A stretch of DNA of 64,000 bases from Asterias rubens. Taxonomy: Eukaryota. The DNA lies in the NCBI RefSeq assembly GCF_902459465.1, contig NC_047066.1, positions 1,798,001 to 1,862,000 of the forward strand, in the 5' to 3' direction. Made by a program: the position numbers and the translations under genes. The notes under the pieces are model-generated. The model was not told the DNA's origin and did not search any database. It worked only from the letters and a program-made list of their open reading frames with translations. This document shows positions 24,378-37,596 of the stretch, one piece after another. How positions within the stretch are numbered: the first letter of the stretch is position 1; the number at the start of each line of letters is the position of its first letter.

Positions 24378-26486
24378 AACTCATCAATTGATAGTTCCCA
24401 CATGACGTAAATCGGCCATCTTTGCAGGCAATTTGGAACACGCCCTTATGCATTTTACGCGAGAACGGCGTGCAGCATGCGCATATTTCGCAAAACTCGT
24501 TGCCTGTTAGTAAACAGCGTGGATGTGTTAATAAACTGAGCGCTTGGCGCACCTGCAAGCGAAAATGCAATTTGCCCGTAAAGATGGTGTCTGTTGCAAC
24601 TCATCAATACTCATACTCAATAAATATAGTTAGGGCATTTGACTTATACAATTATTGTGACCCTCCTGTAACTTTATAGCTCTTTCAGTGCTTGCTTTTT
24701 GTCTGCGCTTTGAACCTAAAAGATGCCCAGCAGTTTTAGTATTTCGAAATTTTGTACAACAAATAAAAGTTTTTCTATAACCAAACAAAAACGTACCTTG
24801 CTTACTTCTGTGTTGCCTTGGTACATCCCAAATTCAGTAATATTTCTTGAGTGATAATGCTGGATTGTGAACTTTTATATAATGGGTTGTACATGTATTT
24901 TATGACACTTTTTCAGTACATAAAAAATGTACTTTATGATAATGGCGCTTTCAGAAAACATAAAACAGATTGTTCATGTGTGACCTTTGAACTGAAAGAG
25001 TTTACAAGTACAGTGGTAAGTTTCCAGGCGTGTTATCTTTTAAGTTTGTCAGAACTTTTAACTTATTAGGCTGAACAGAGTCTTTGTAAACTTAATGATG
25101 TTAATTTCTTAATATACATCAATCTCAACATGTGACTATCAGTCGGTTAATGGACTGCTATACATATTCAAAGAAACACACAGTTTTGGTTGGAATAAAT
25201 CCACACATGTAAACAGTTGTAACTTATCGAGATCATTCGCACTGTCTTCATAGTAAGTAAACACACCCAAGAGTCCCATGTGTGCACATGTCTTTATACG
25301 ACTACATTTTATTTAAAATAGTCAAATTTAATATTAAATGTCACATTATTTGGTTTACAATAATTATATAATACACAGATAATTGTTTTATATTCTAAAA
25401 TATGCAGAGAGTGTTAACAATGAGGGTTACAGAACTATAGGTGGCAGAAGAAATTGTTTTGTGTTCGATAAATTGGTATTTATTTGTGTTGACCTCGGGT
25501 GAAGTTGACCAGATTATCCTGTGCCAAATGTATGATCCCATTGTACGTTGTATTACGCAGGGCGCTAAAAAAGTGGTGCTTTCAGTGCCACTTTGCAATT
25601 ACTTTATTAATTGTTCATTCATAAATACCTTTAGACAGTTTCGCTATTCCTATTGGTGGAGAGCGCGTCACGTGGGTGTGTATAAACCTTTGTTTATGAC
25701 CGGTAAAAAGTGTTAATTCATGGGCGTGACACGCAAACTTGCACCTGTTCTTATAAGACAGTTTCTTTATTCCTATTGGTCGAGAGCAACAGCTGAAACA
25801 GTTGTGCCACATCACGCGATTTGCACGGCGCACACAGCATTCCCTTATAAGGAGTTGTTTACCCGAGGGCGGCGGAGGGCTTTACCATTTCATAGCTGGA
25901 GGGGTTGTGTTTACTCCTGCTCGGTTTCAGGGATTCAGTAACAATACCTTAATCCGATTCTTCGTTGTGCAATTTGGCACGGGTGACTTGGTAATTACCA
26001 CGAGGATGCATGGGTTAATTCGCTCTGGCGATTATGTCAAAAAATGTGCCACGGTGACAATTGTTGATGGGTGCGAGACCATTTTCATGCCCGTTGGTGT
26101 TATTTGTTTTCTTAATTTTTCTTTTAAAGGCATGGACACTGTTGGTTATTCAAAATAACTCTTAGCATAAAAACTTAATAGATGTTAAAAACTTACTTGT
26201 AATGTTAATTTGTAACAGGCAATGGGGAGCTGTTGATATTATCAGGCCTGTATGCTTCGTTTTTGAAAGGGCAAGGGCACCAAGGCATTTTCTCTTTGGC
26301 AAAGGGCACCCTATGAAGAAATTGTAAATTTCTACTGGAGCATTTCAAGGGCACCACACCAAGGCATATTTTTTCAAGTGGGTATGAATGAGTAGGATAG
26401 GGTGAATGGCCTTGTATCCCGCTGTACTAGCCAAACGTTACTCCTGACTGGGAGTCTATTTGTTGCACTTGTTTCTCATCTCATAA

Positions 26487-26875
26487 TTAAAGACACTGGA
26501 CACTATTGGTAATATTGTCAAATTTCAGTCTTCTCACTTGGTGTATCTCAACATATGCATAAAACAACAAACCTGTGAAAATTTGAGCTCTATTGGTCGT
26601 CGAAGTTGCGAGATAATAATGAAAGTAAAAACACCTTGTCACACGTCAATTGTGACCGTTCAGATGCTTGATTTTGAGACCTCAAAATTCTAAATCTGAG
26701 GTCTCGAAATCAAATTCGCAGAAAATAACTTATTTCTCGAAAACTACGTCACTTCAGAGTGAGCCGTTTCTCACAATGTTTTATACGTTCAACCAATCCC
26801 CATTACTCGCTACCAAGTAAGGTTTTATGCTAATAATTATTTTGAGTAATTACCAATAGTGTCCACTGTCTTTAA
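26487..26875. mobile_element. Kolobok-type MITE, same family
   Basis: TTAA at both ends, TIR and central hairpin. Confidence 0.88.
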
Positions 26876-28559
26876 AAGGCTTAGCATTAAATCTTGTTAA
26901 TTTTCTCACGTCTTTGATATCTTCATTGTTTAATGTAATTTCTGGCATTCGATACAAAAATATGTTGCCAGGGGTTTATTTCATAAAGCTGTCAAGCAGG
27001 AAACACTGCTTGACAAAAATGTCTTGAGTCGGACACCAGCCACAACATTATTGTAAAGTTATTGTATTGTGGGCTGGTTACCTGATTATGCTAAGCAATG
27101 TTATGCTGTTCTAAGCGAGTTTTTGTGCTTACAGGCTTTATGAAACTTGGCCCTGAAAGACAGATGAAAATAGTGCTACATGGCACTCTGTGCAGCCAAG
27201 CTAGTTAAAACAAATAAAAGCGCCCTCTCTTGTTTTTTCTTTTACAATCCATCTGAGTGAGGGCGGTATACAGTTTTCATAGAACCGGACGTGAGTGGTT
27301 TTTATAAAGTTTGTGATAGACTGTGCAAGTCTAGTGCGTATGTGAACCTCCATGACCAAGTTGGTTTCTGTTTTAAATATTGATGTAAGCGAGATTATGT
27401 TTCTTCAAACGGTTTTATTTTGCGGAGGGCTTGCAAAAAAAGACTGCGGTTATAATCGCAACAATGCCAACTTTATGGAATTTCGGCTGATGATAAGAAT
27501 GTGTGTGCTTAGCAAGTTTGTGTGCTTACATGGTTTATGAAAATGAGCCATGTAAAGCTGTTTAGCAGAAAATTTGCTAAGCAAAGTACGTAGTGTGAGG
27601 TCTACCAGTTACACGACAAATGGACAATAATACTTCACGGCTGGTAAATGTTTCTGACCAACGAGAGGTTTATAAGCTCAGCAAGTTAAATGTGCTGGCC
27701 TTATACATTTTGCTGAGACCCTGTTTACGCTAAGCGATACCCGTGAATTGGTTAATATTAAGCAATTTTGACAAATGTTGAACGTAAACTATGACACTCT
27801 TTTTCGTTAAATTTGTCTGGGTACACCCAAACTATAAACAGTGGCCCCAAATTGAATCAGGTCTGTAAGCATAAAAAAACTTGCTAAGCACACTGAAAAG
27901 TATTGCTTAGCAGACAGAAACAGTAATTCGTTTGTTTATATTCATGTTGTTGTTGAAATGTTATGCCGTGCACAACATATAGAGAGATTATTATTTTATT
28001 AATGGACTCTTTGGATCTCCGTAGAACTATTAAGTCAAGTGATCTTCCTGCCGCATTGCGTTACGCATGGATCGTTACAATAAGACAACCCTTTCCGATA
28101 GTTCTTCCTTAATTGACTAGTAATGGCTTCGAGGCCACGCAGTATTTGTGAAAACGCGAATTTAAAAACCAGCTATTCATATCACATATCTGTGCCCATC
28201 TAATTCAAGCACCACAACCCGGAGTCGAGCCCTAGGACCAGTCAACTTGAAAGCGGGCGCCAACCAGGTCATGTTAAGTTTTATGATCCGCTCATTTTCA
28301 AATAGGTATTGTAGCCTTTATGAGACTAATTGCTTTTTGTGTTATTCATAACACATCTGAGTCCCTCACATTCAAGCGCCACAACCGGGATTCGAACCGA
28401 AAGACCACTCAACTACTGGGGCTTCAAGGTCGCATGCAGTTCTGTGATCCGCTCATTTTCAAAGAGGTAGAACCTTTATGAAAATGAAGGAATGGTTACA
28501 AGACTATGAACTACGTTAAAACGGTGTAGAATGTAACTATGTTCACTAATAATACCCTT

Positions 28560-28915
28560 AAAAGTGTATTTCTTTTTTTTCAAAATCCAAAAAGGTCCAT
28601 GACACCACATTTCAAACTATATTAGAGCCTGCTGTACAAATAATTACTGGCTAATTTCTTTTCGCTTTTCGTATCGTTGTACGTTTATATTATTGTTTAT
28701 GTTCTAAACATAGTTATGGAAATTCAACGGATTCTTAATAATTTAGATGTAATGTTTTTTTCCTTGACGTTTTAATGGATTTATGCGGCGGTCTTTCTGT
28801 TGTTAAAATAAGCTCGTTGTAATTATAATCACCGTTGTTGTCGTAATGGGTAATTGACTCACATATAACAGAGTGTCATCAATATAGCCATCCCACTTGT
28901 TGGTGATTTAAGTAG
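28560..28915 (+). repeat. ~350-bp direct repeat, second copy at ~31520-31880
   Basis: Shared CCATGACACCACATTTCAAA...TTTCGCTTTTCGTATCGTTGTAC...TTCCTTGACGTTTTAATGGATTTATGCGGCGGTCTTTC...ACAGAGTGTCATCA. Confidence 0.85.
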
Positions 28916-28930
28916 AAGGATGCGTCTGAT

Positions 28931-29230
28931 GGGGACACACAAAGGAAAATAGTACTGGAAATCGATAAAAACACAAAGGAAGACGAAAGGTTGAGTGGAA
29001 AATTTAATGAGGACACACAAAGGCAAGGGATTAAAATTTTGGGGACACACAAAGGAAAGGGATTAAGATTTTGGGGACATACAAAGGAAGACGAAAATGT
29101 TGAATGAAATATTTAATGAGGACACACACAGGAAGACGGAAGGGGAAGGGATTAAAATTTTGGGGACACACAAAGGAAGACGGAAGGTTGAATGAAATAT
29201 TTAATTAGGACACACAATAGGAAGATGGAG
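28931..29230 (+). repeat. Purine-rich patchwork minisatellite (~8 x GGACACACAAAGG with two alternating linker modules)
   Basis: Linkers are AAGGGATTAAAATTTTGG and AAGACG.AAG.TTGAATGAAATATTTAAT.A. Confidence 0.85.
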
Positions 29231-30734
29231 TTTCATCATACCTAAATTAAACGTAAACAGAACTATAGTATACAGTATTAAAATGATCCCCCATCATAGG
29301 TAACTAACAGCTTAGTCAACTATATTGACCTATTGTTTTCTACCCTCACCTGAAAAGGAAATATTCCATCAGGTGTTAATGTTTTATTTATTTTTTTCAG
29401 CAGGACTCCTATGTGTCTTAATGCAGTTAAAATAATCTTAGTAAATTCACTAAGTTCAACTGAAGTTAATAGAGAGCAATGGAGGCAACTGTCGTCATTT
29501 GACCGCCATGTGTGTGTGAATAGCAATGCAGACATGCATGTGTGTACAGGCTGCGCACAACTCCAAGCCAATGAAAGCTCTCCGGAAGCGTGTACGTTTT
29601 ATCAAAGATGGCAGCCAAAGGATTGGGTCTAATTCGAAAGCAGTTTCTTTTACGTGGAAACAAATTACGACCTCCACTGCAGCATTTATAACTTGAATAA
29701 TTTAAAGGATTTATAAGTAATTTAGAATGGTGAGGGTCGCTGGCATAAAAATAGAGATTATGACCACTGTTGTCATGGATGGATTTCACAATTATTGGCT
29801 TCGGCTTATGAATCTATGCATAAAATTATATTAATTTTATGCGAGTTCAATACTTTTCAGATTTCTAACAGGTGAATAAGTTGTACAACAACATAATCAA
29901 AGATTGACTGGACTGTAATTTTAAAGTAGTGTCTATGCAAACTAGCAGATGGGGCCAGACTTTAGAATGTGGTGTGGTTTCCTTTTCTTCTTTCTTAAAC
30001 TGTATTGTCCGAAATGATACAGTGGTAGTCGAATGTACCACAGTACTGGTCTAAGATATAGATCCTTCTTCTATCCGCCATTGGTGTACAATAAATAAAT
30101 ATACCAATTATTGAAGGTACACAATTACTTTTTCAAACTTACCATTGCAGAAGATCTTTATGATCTTTGTGGTTAAACCACTTCAACACTTTCAATGGAG
30201 TCGAACCACGTACTATGTGCTTCTGTTTTTTGTTGCCCTTCTAGATGTACTAAGTGATGAGTGCTTATATTGAATTATTTTCCAAAAAGAGTATGGTCGG
30301 AATAAACGTCATACTGATTTGAATTTTTTCCTTGACTGCTCAATAATGTTCACTAGAGCGGAGCTACACACAATGACTATACTTGGCAACCTTCGGCCAT
30401 TATTAAACGCTCAATTTCAAAAGTGAAGAGCAGTATAATGGCAAACGTGTAAGTTTACACACGGGAGTTATATTAAGAGGGACGACATTTTTCCAGTAAA
30501 TTCACACATTTTTGTTCTAGTTTATGGTCCCAGTTTCATAGAGCTGGCTAAGCACAACTAGTAGTATAAACAGAACAGAATTATGCTTATCAGAGTATAA
30601 GGTTACCATCCAAAACATCATGTCACAAGTACACTTTCAAGTTCTATCTGGTCATTTCTGCTTAGCAAGAAACTTGGGCGGCTTGCTCTTTCACAATGGC
30701 TTTACATTGCTACGTCGCTCCTTAATGTCATACA

Positions 30735-31125
30735 TTAAAGGCAGTGGACACTATTGGTAATTACTACCAATTACTATGGGTAAAATGATTATTATCAAAA
30801 ATCTTACTTGATTACGAGTAATGGGGAGGTTGATAGTATAGAAACGGCTCCCTCTGAACTGACGTAGTTTCCGAGAAAGAAGTATTTTTCCACGAATTTG
30901 ATTTCGAGACCTAAGAATTAGATTTTGATGTCTCGAAATCAAGTATCTGAAAGCACACAACTTCGTGTGACAAGGGTGATTTTTCTTTCATTATTATCTC
31001 GCAACTTTGATGACCAATTGAGCTAAAATTGTCACAGGTTTGTTATTTTATGCATAATTATGTTGAGATACACCAACTGAGAAGACTGGTCTTTGACAAT
31101 TACCAATAGTGTCCACTGTCTTTAA
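30735..31125. mobile_element. Kolobok-type MITE, same family, opposite orientation
   Basis: TTAA at both ends, TIR; the internal sequence is the reverse complement of the 22061 copy. Confidence 0.88.
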
Positions 31126-31184
31126 TAATAACAACCCCAGAGATGGACGGTACAAAATGTCAACAGAACTATACACAATGTAGC

Positions 31185-31521
31185 TCAAAAAACACAAAAT
31201 AAAAGTTCACAGATTTACAAATAACTGACAGGGTTTACAGAAGGTAATGGTGAAAGGCTTCTCTTGAAATATTATTCCATGAAATGCTTTACTTTTTGAG
31301 AAAACAGTAAAACAATATCAATTCTCGAATCGAGGCGAAACGTGCGGAAATCGAGGCGAAATCGAGACGAAACGTGCGAAAACAAGGGGGTTATTTTCTC
31401 CCGACTCCGATGACCAATTGAGCCTAAATTTTCACAGGTTTGTTATTTTATATATAAGTTGTGATATACGAAGTGTGGGCCTTGTACAATACTGTTTACC
31501 GAAAGTGTCCAATGGCTTTAA
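31185..31521. mobile_element. TTAA MITE, second family, left end missing
   Basis: Collinear with 3300-3630; ends GTGTCCAATGGCTTTAA. Confidence 0.75.
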
Positions 31522-32479
31522 GTGTACTTTTTGTTTTCTTTTTCGAAATCCAAAAGGTTCCATGACACCACATTTCAAATAATATTAGAGCATGCTGTAC
31601 AAATAATTCTGGCTCATTCCTGAATTTCTTTTCGCTTTTCGTATCGTTGTACATTCATTTTGTTCTTGTTCTAAACATAGTTATGTAAATGCCATGGATT
31701 CTTAATAATTTAGATGTAATGGTTTTTTCCTTGACGTTTTAATGGATTTATGCGGCGGTCTTTCGGATGTTAAAATAATCTCATTGTAATTGTTATCACC
31801 GTTGTTGTCGTAATTGGGTAATTGGCAGGCACAACAGAGTGTCATCATTTTATAACCATTCCACTTCTTGGTAATATAACAATAGGCTATTATACAGTAC
31901 TACCGGACGGCTGTTACATGTTTGTTTCATTTGAGCACTCATGACAATCTACAACAATTTAGTGTCACGTTTACAGTGTCAGTAAACGCAGTCAGCCTGT
32001 TATGTTTTCTGATTCACTCTGTTGTCGTCATCGTCGTTGTTTTTGTTGTTGTTGTTGTTGTTGTTGTTCTTTGTTCTTTTTAAAACTCCCCCGTTAAAGT
32101 CGCTAACGATTATCAGGAAATAAGCAACTGTGTCTTTAGATGCTAATTGAAGATCTATTTTAAAAGTAACTTTCACATAACAAAATATCTATCTGTAGGA
32201 ATGTCACTGGTATGTTTTTTATATTTTATTAATAAAATGTTTGGAGAATCGGCCTTTTTTAGCTGTTTTTAATATCCTCCATTAACATTTTTTTGTACAT
32301 GGTCAGCTTCATATACTGTCATATGGACATTTATATTATTTAAAGAAACATAATTAACATAATGTCTATTTTTAATCCAAAGGTCGTCTGGCAATTCAAC
32401 AAAAATCATCTCGTTTTTTGTTCAGACCCACCTGCACGTCTCATTACATTAAATTAGCATAATATGAGCTACCTTGCTG

Positions 32480-32926
32480 ATATTCTACTACGTAATTGGA
32501 TGTTGCAGTACAGTCTATGCACTAGACTTGTGCACAAGTCGTTAATGGTCTGCCGCGGTGACATAGTCGAGTCGTGGTGGTGTCGCAATGTATCAGGTTT
32601 CCGCGATCGAACACTGCTCTCGCGAGATCACCGCTCCTGCGCGAACTGCAGCTGGTTGCCGACTTCTACTCCGTAGTTGTGAGAGCAGTAGTCCTACGGG
32701 TCTAGTTAGTCTCGCGAGAATACCGTCAGTGTCGCGGGAATCGCGGGGAGATTCGGAATCGCGCGGTGGGGAGAGAGAGAGAGTCGGAACGCTATCACCT
32801 CGACAGACATTTAACGACTTGTCAACACGTCTATATATGCACACACGTCAGGCTGCATCGCCATAAGTCAGTTTTACACGTTTGAGCTGGGGTTATAATA
32901 AAATATTTCATAAAAGCTCAGAGGTA
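32480..32926 (+). promoter_or_regulatory. CpG-rich putative promoter with two TCTCGCGAGA palindromes and a (GA)n tract
   Basis: CpG density well above the flanks; TCTCGCGAGA at 32618-32627 and 32710-32719; immediately upstream of ATG 32927. Confidence 0.5.
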
Positions 32927-35900
32927 ATGGAGTATGCGGTTTGCCTCCGAGTTCTGTGCGCGTTGGTTCTATCCAACATTTTCATCAATGGTAAGTTTTA
33001 CAATACGAACAAAAATCTTAAGGTTTATAATATCATGAGCTAGCTGGGCTATATTGTATGAAACCTTCGGCAATGAAGTTTGCGGTTTGCCTCGTTGGTT
33101 CTATCTCACACATTTGTATTAAGATTATGAAGTACAAGTTGGTGTCGGAATATAGAGGTGACGAAACAAAAGAGATACAATCGGGTTTACAGTTTAAATC
33201 ATACCCGTGCCAAAAAACAAGAGAGGTTAGCATACACCAAACAGGTTCATCTTTAATTTCATAATGATGTGACCAAAAGTTGTTACAACCAAGATAGTAA
33301 AATGGTGTAGGCCTATTTGTGAGTTTGTTTGATTGTTTGTTTGTGGAGGTGTTTGTTTGTTTTTGTTTGCTTAGATGATCTAACCATCAAGGGAACTCGA
33401 CAAACTCCCAAAAAGGGTAATAATAGCCAAGCTGGCGATAGCCAATCTCTCTACCACAAACGTTGGTTTAACGTTTATGCTTATGAATTGCCAAAATCAA
33501 GAAATTGCGATTCATTAACTAGATGACAATATTTATTCTAGTCATTGTGGTATCAGCGGTTAGCTGGGGGATTCGAACCCACAACCTTGTGATTGCATGC
33601 CCTGCAGTTTAACCACTTGAACACTGTGACGATTTGATTATTTATTTATTTATTAAAAAAAAAATTTGTACCAGTCAAAATTCAAATATAATATCAACAC
33701 TTTCTGCAGAGAGTAATCTACTCATTCGGAGAAAAACAACAGCTAAAGGTTTAAAAAGGCTCTATTTGTTCGTTTCTTTTTTAGAAGTATTAGCTGATGT
33801 GTGTTATGTTGGCCAAGAAAGAGACGGCGCCCGTTACAAATGGGTTTTGGATGTCCGCGACCCGTGCGAGTGCACCAAAATACGTCTCGGGGGAGTCAAC
33901 ACAATTCCCCCGGCAAGCAGACCGGGCAAAACACGGTACATGGAGGATTTAGTCCTCGGTGATGATGCCCAACAGATCAGAGAATGGCTGAATTGCCCGG
34001 AGAAGACAACTCTGGAAACAGGTAGCTCGAAATTTCATACTGTATCACCTGAATAGTTATTGAGTGTTTTGTCTTAATTGGTTGTTTTCAAAAGTATCCG
34101 AAAGTAGGCGTACCCCTCGTGAACATGGTTTTAATAAAAGTAAACAACACAATAATTGATGGACCTTTAAGCAACTAGCCTGTCATCGCTTGTCATCGAA
34201 AGCAACACTTTAATGTTTTTTCCAATTAAAACTTTGGGGAAAATTTTAGTTCATACTATGGTTATTTCGATTTACACAAATTCGGCATATATTAAAATAT
34301 CTATAATTATAGATAAAACTTAATCTTAGATAAAATTTCTTGATAATGTTCATTTATTTTAGAAACAACATCATCGCTCCCGGTGACGTCAACGCATGTT
34401 GTAACATCAACGCTCGCGGTGACGTCAACGCCTGATGTCACGTCAACGCCCGCGCTGACGTCAATATTTACATCACTGTGTGACCCAGTAGAGCTTACAG
34501 CGACCCAAGCTCGGCATACCGCTTATCTGGTTGCTTCTCTCAACGCGCAATCGGTCTGGGAACTAGACTTCAGTCTTTCAGACACTGCAAAGGGACTTAT
34601 TTTCCTCAGTCGCAGCAACAATGAAGCAGACAACTTGTTCAAAATAAGTAAGTTTCAGTTATGCTATCAAGTGGGATTACCTGCAATAGTTAGGGTAACT
34701 CAAGAAAAAGAACAGAAAAAATACAACTATTTATCTCCCATCAATAAAAACCGATGTATATTCATAACAGCTTCTCTCACCCATTTTAAACACGTTTCTT
34801 TGGCGAGACCAAACGTAAGTTGCAGTAAATTGTATCTTTTCTCATTGCCGAACTCCACGGCTAGTTAACCGACCTGAAAACATTGAATACAAGTTGTCCT
34901 TGTAAACAATTAATATTGTCTGAACAATGATTTAACAAACGAGGGTGCTGTTCCAATTTGATGTCAATTGTTTTCCAAGAGATAGAAGTTCATCGTAGTA
35001 CCGTTTTATAAATGAATTAACATAATATTGTACAATATTATTTAAAAAAACAGAGCAACATTATGGCATTACACAAATTATTTGCAATTTAGCTTCCAGC
35101 TTCAATATTAAAACTGTGGCCCAATCTGTCTACCGTTCAATTTCCTATACGAAATCTTTCAAACATTGTGAAAAGAACTTATGTAAAAACATTTTGTGGT
35201 TCAATAAACGTCATCTATGACGTCAAACTTGAACAGGCAACAATTGTTGATTCTTCGTATACGTGAAGATTCGGAGTTATTGTGAACTTCTCAATGCTGA
35301 ATTTATTACAGAGAAGTAATTTGAAGAAGTTAAACTACAGCGATAGTGTATTACATTGGTATATTCAGGACAACGTAAACACAATTTCTGATCGCGCAAA
35401 ATACCGCACCTTCTTTCGTATAAAAAACAATTCTAAATTCTTTTCAAATTTAACAAGTAAACTTGTATTGCTATAGTCTACGAGTAAAATCAATGCTGAT
35501 TGAATTTTTTATGTTAAACTTTTTTGAGATTTGAGTTGTTAAACTTGTCTCTGTAGAGTGTTGTCAAGATTGAAGACGTCATCGTTGTTATAATTTGAAA
35601 GGCCATAAACCAACTGTCATTTCATGAACTATAACTATTTGTAAAATTCTTTTTTTAAGCTGACCGCTGAGCTGAAATTTGAAGTAAATTTCACATTAAC
35701 CTCGGTTTTGAACCGATAAAAAGTGTCAACTTACTGTCAAATAATATGTGTGCAGCATTCACAAAAAGAAAAAAAATCTGAAAAATACATAAAATGACTA
35801 TGTAAAGACATTATATCTAATTTACACAATACATTTGTATTGACTTTGCAGTCATCGAAATGAATGCAATAGAAGTACACAACTCATTAGATCAACAACT

Positions 35901-36096
35901 CCTGCGTGCTGATGAGTCTATCGGGACAACTCGACACACACTGACCATCGGAGATGGAAAACTTGAACTCGACTCAAGAAACTTGGAGACGAATCTCAAG
36001 CTGGACTTAACTGGATTGGCCTACGTCAAGTTTGGATGTGATTCAGGTACCGCTTGTATTTGGACTCTTCATGAAGTCCTATGTTCTTGGAAATGA
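32927..36096 (+). CDS. Uncharacterised secreted protein (~276 aa): signal peptide, Cys-containing N-domain, Thr-rich VTST linker, possible FaMeT-like beta domain
   Basis: Phase-1 exons 32927-32990 (MEYAVCLRVLCALVLSNIFIN), 33785-34021, 34363-34647, 35852-36096(TGA), all with GT-AG boundaries and one open frame. The last exon could instead splice out at 36046. The domain call is a pattern resemblance only. Confidence 0.7.
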
Positions 36097-37386
36097 AATT
36101 AACATTTTGTTTTGCTTTGTGGTCGTCGGTCAAAAAAAAAAAAAAAAAAAAATCGTGATCGAGTGAAATTATTGCATTTCTTTAAATATACCTGATGCAC
36201 ATGATGTCATATCAGTAGGGCGCCCTCTCACTTAGATATCAACAAGCTGTCGTTGGCCAAACCTCGGCTGCGGGTCACAATTTGTGGCTTTTGATTTTTC
36301 GTCATCGTTTTCTTTCATTATTATCTCGCATCCATCAGGACGACCAATTGAGCTCAAATTTGTACAGGTTTGCTAATCTGTGCATGTTGAAATACACTAA
36401 GAGAGAAGACTGGTCTTTGACATTTACCAATAGTGTTCAATGCCTTTAATAAGTTTTGAGCACTTTCAATGAGTGTTAAGTTGATCAGCTTGAATAGAAT
36501 TTCGTCTAACGTAAGGTCACCAGTCTACACCAAAAACCATTACAATATTTATAGTCACGATCATTAAATACACAAAATATATGAAAGTATAGAAAGTTGC
36601 AGCCATGGGGGTAATGGGTGTGATTGGGGGTCGGGAAGAGTAGTTTGAAGTTTTGTGTAATATTATCGAGTTTTTCTGGCCTCTTTTGGCTCTCTTTTTA
36701 AGCTTATTTATCATTTTAAGTTCCCATTGTAGGTCATATAATACAAACCAAATAACTGTTTGTAATATTAAGTTAATGCCTCTTAGTAGAAAAGTTTGAA
36801 TATACAGAATTTTCATCAAATGTTCCCACTTCTGTTTTTGTTTTACTTTTTGTATTCACTTTCAGAGAAGTAATTATACCTTCATTTTTTAAACAAAGTT
36901 TGCTTGAATTTTGTTTTGCTGATCTTTTATTTATAAGAGAAATATTGAGGAAAAAATATCGATCATTCATTCATTTTTCTACTTTTAGTAAATTAATTTT
37001 GGAGACCTCTTACTGGATTTCTAGAGCTGACAAAACAGTCACGTACAATGTTTATGTTTTGTGTGGCCAACCATAATAAACTAGAGAGACAAAATTTCCC
37101 TTTTTAGTGCAAAAGTTATGTACATTATAAAGTTATCATCGCTTAGTTCTTTTTGCAGCCCTTTTATAGGTTTTCTTGCACAGTTTCGGCAAATGAGTGG
37201 CCAATTTAAACACCATACATAGTTGTATGATATGCGAATGTTGTTAATCTTCAGTTTTAGAATAAAACTACATTTAAATTTATTATTATGCTGTTCTATG
37301 TGTGATGATTTCTTAACGAGAACTTAGCCTAAACTAGGAAAGGTTGACATTCCTAAAATCATTCGTAGTTGTCAACTGGTTTCTAG

Positions 37387-37596
37387 TAGTCTAGGTTCCT
37401 AGACCATTGGTGTTGCGTGGTCACACACTGTAATGAACGAACGCTAGCGGGCGCTCTGTTTCTATGATTTAGGATTAGAGAAACAGAGCGCCCGCTAGCG
37501 TTCGTTCATTACAAGCGTGTACAGTTTTTGCCGTGCATAATCGGAACGTTCGTTGTGTGTGACCACGCAACACCAATGGTCTAGGAACCTAGACTA
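37387..37596. mobile_element. 210-bp foldback MITE with 9-bp TSD (GGTTTCTAG)
   Basis: Perfect 42-bp TIR TAGTCTAGGTTCCTAGACCATTGGTGTTGCGTGGTCACACAC and a perfect internal 35-bp stem. TSD at 37378-37386 and 37597-37605; empty paralogous site at 42838-42846. Confidence 0.93.

Noticed and set aside
28931-29230. Repeat-spacer pattern as CRISPR-like
   Set aside because: Linkers are reused variants of two modules, spacing is irregular, and there is no cas context.
29411-29632. 73-aa Cys-containing ORF after a TTTTCAG acceptor
   Set aside because: No partner exons, no recognisable motif and no donor.
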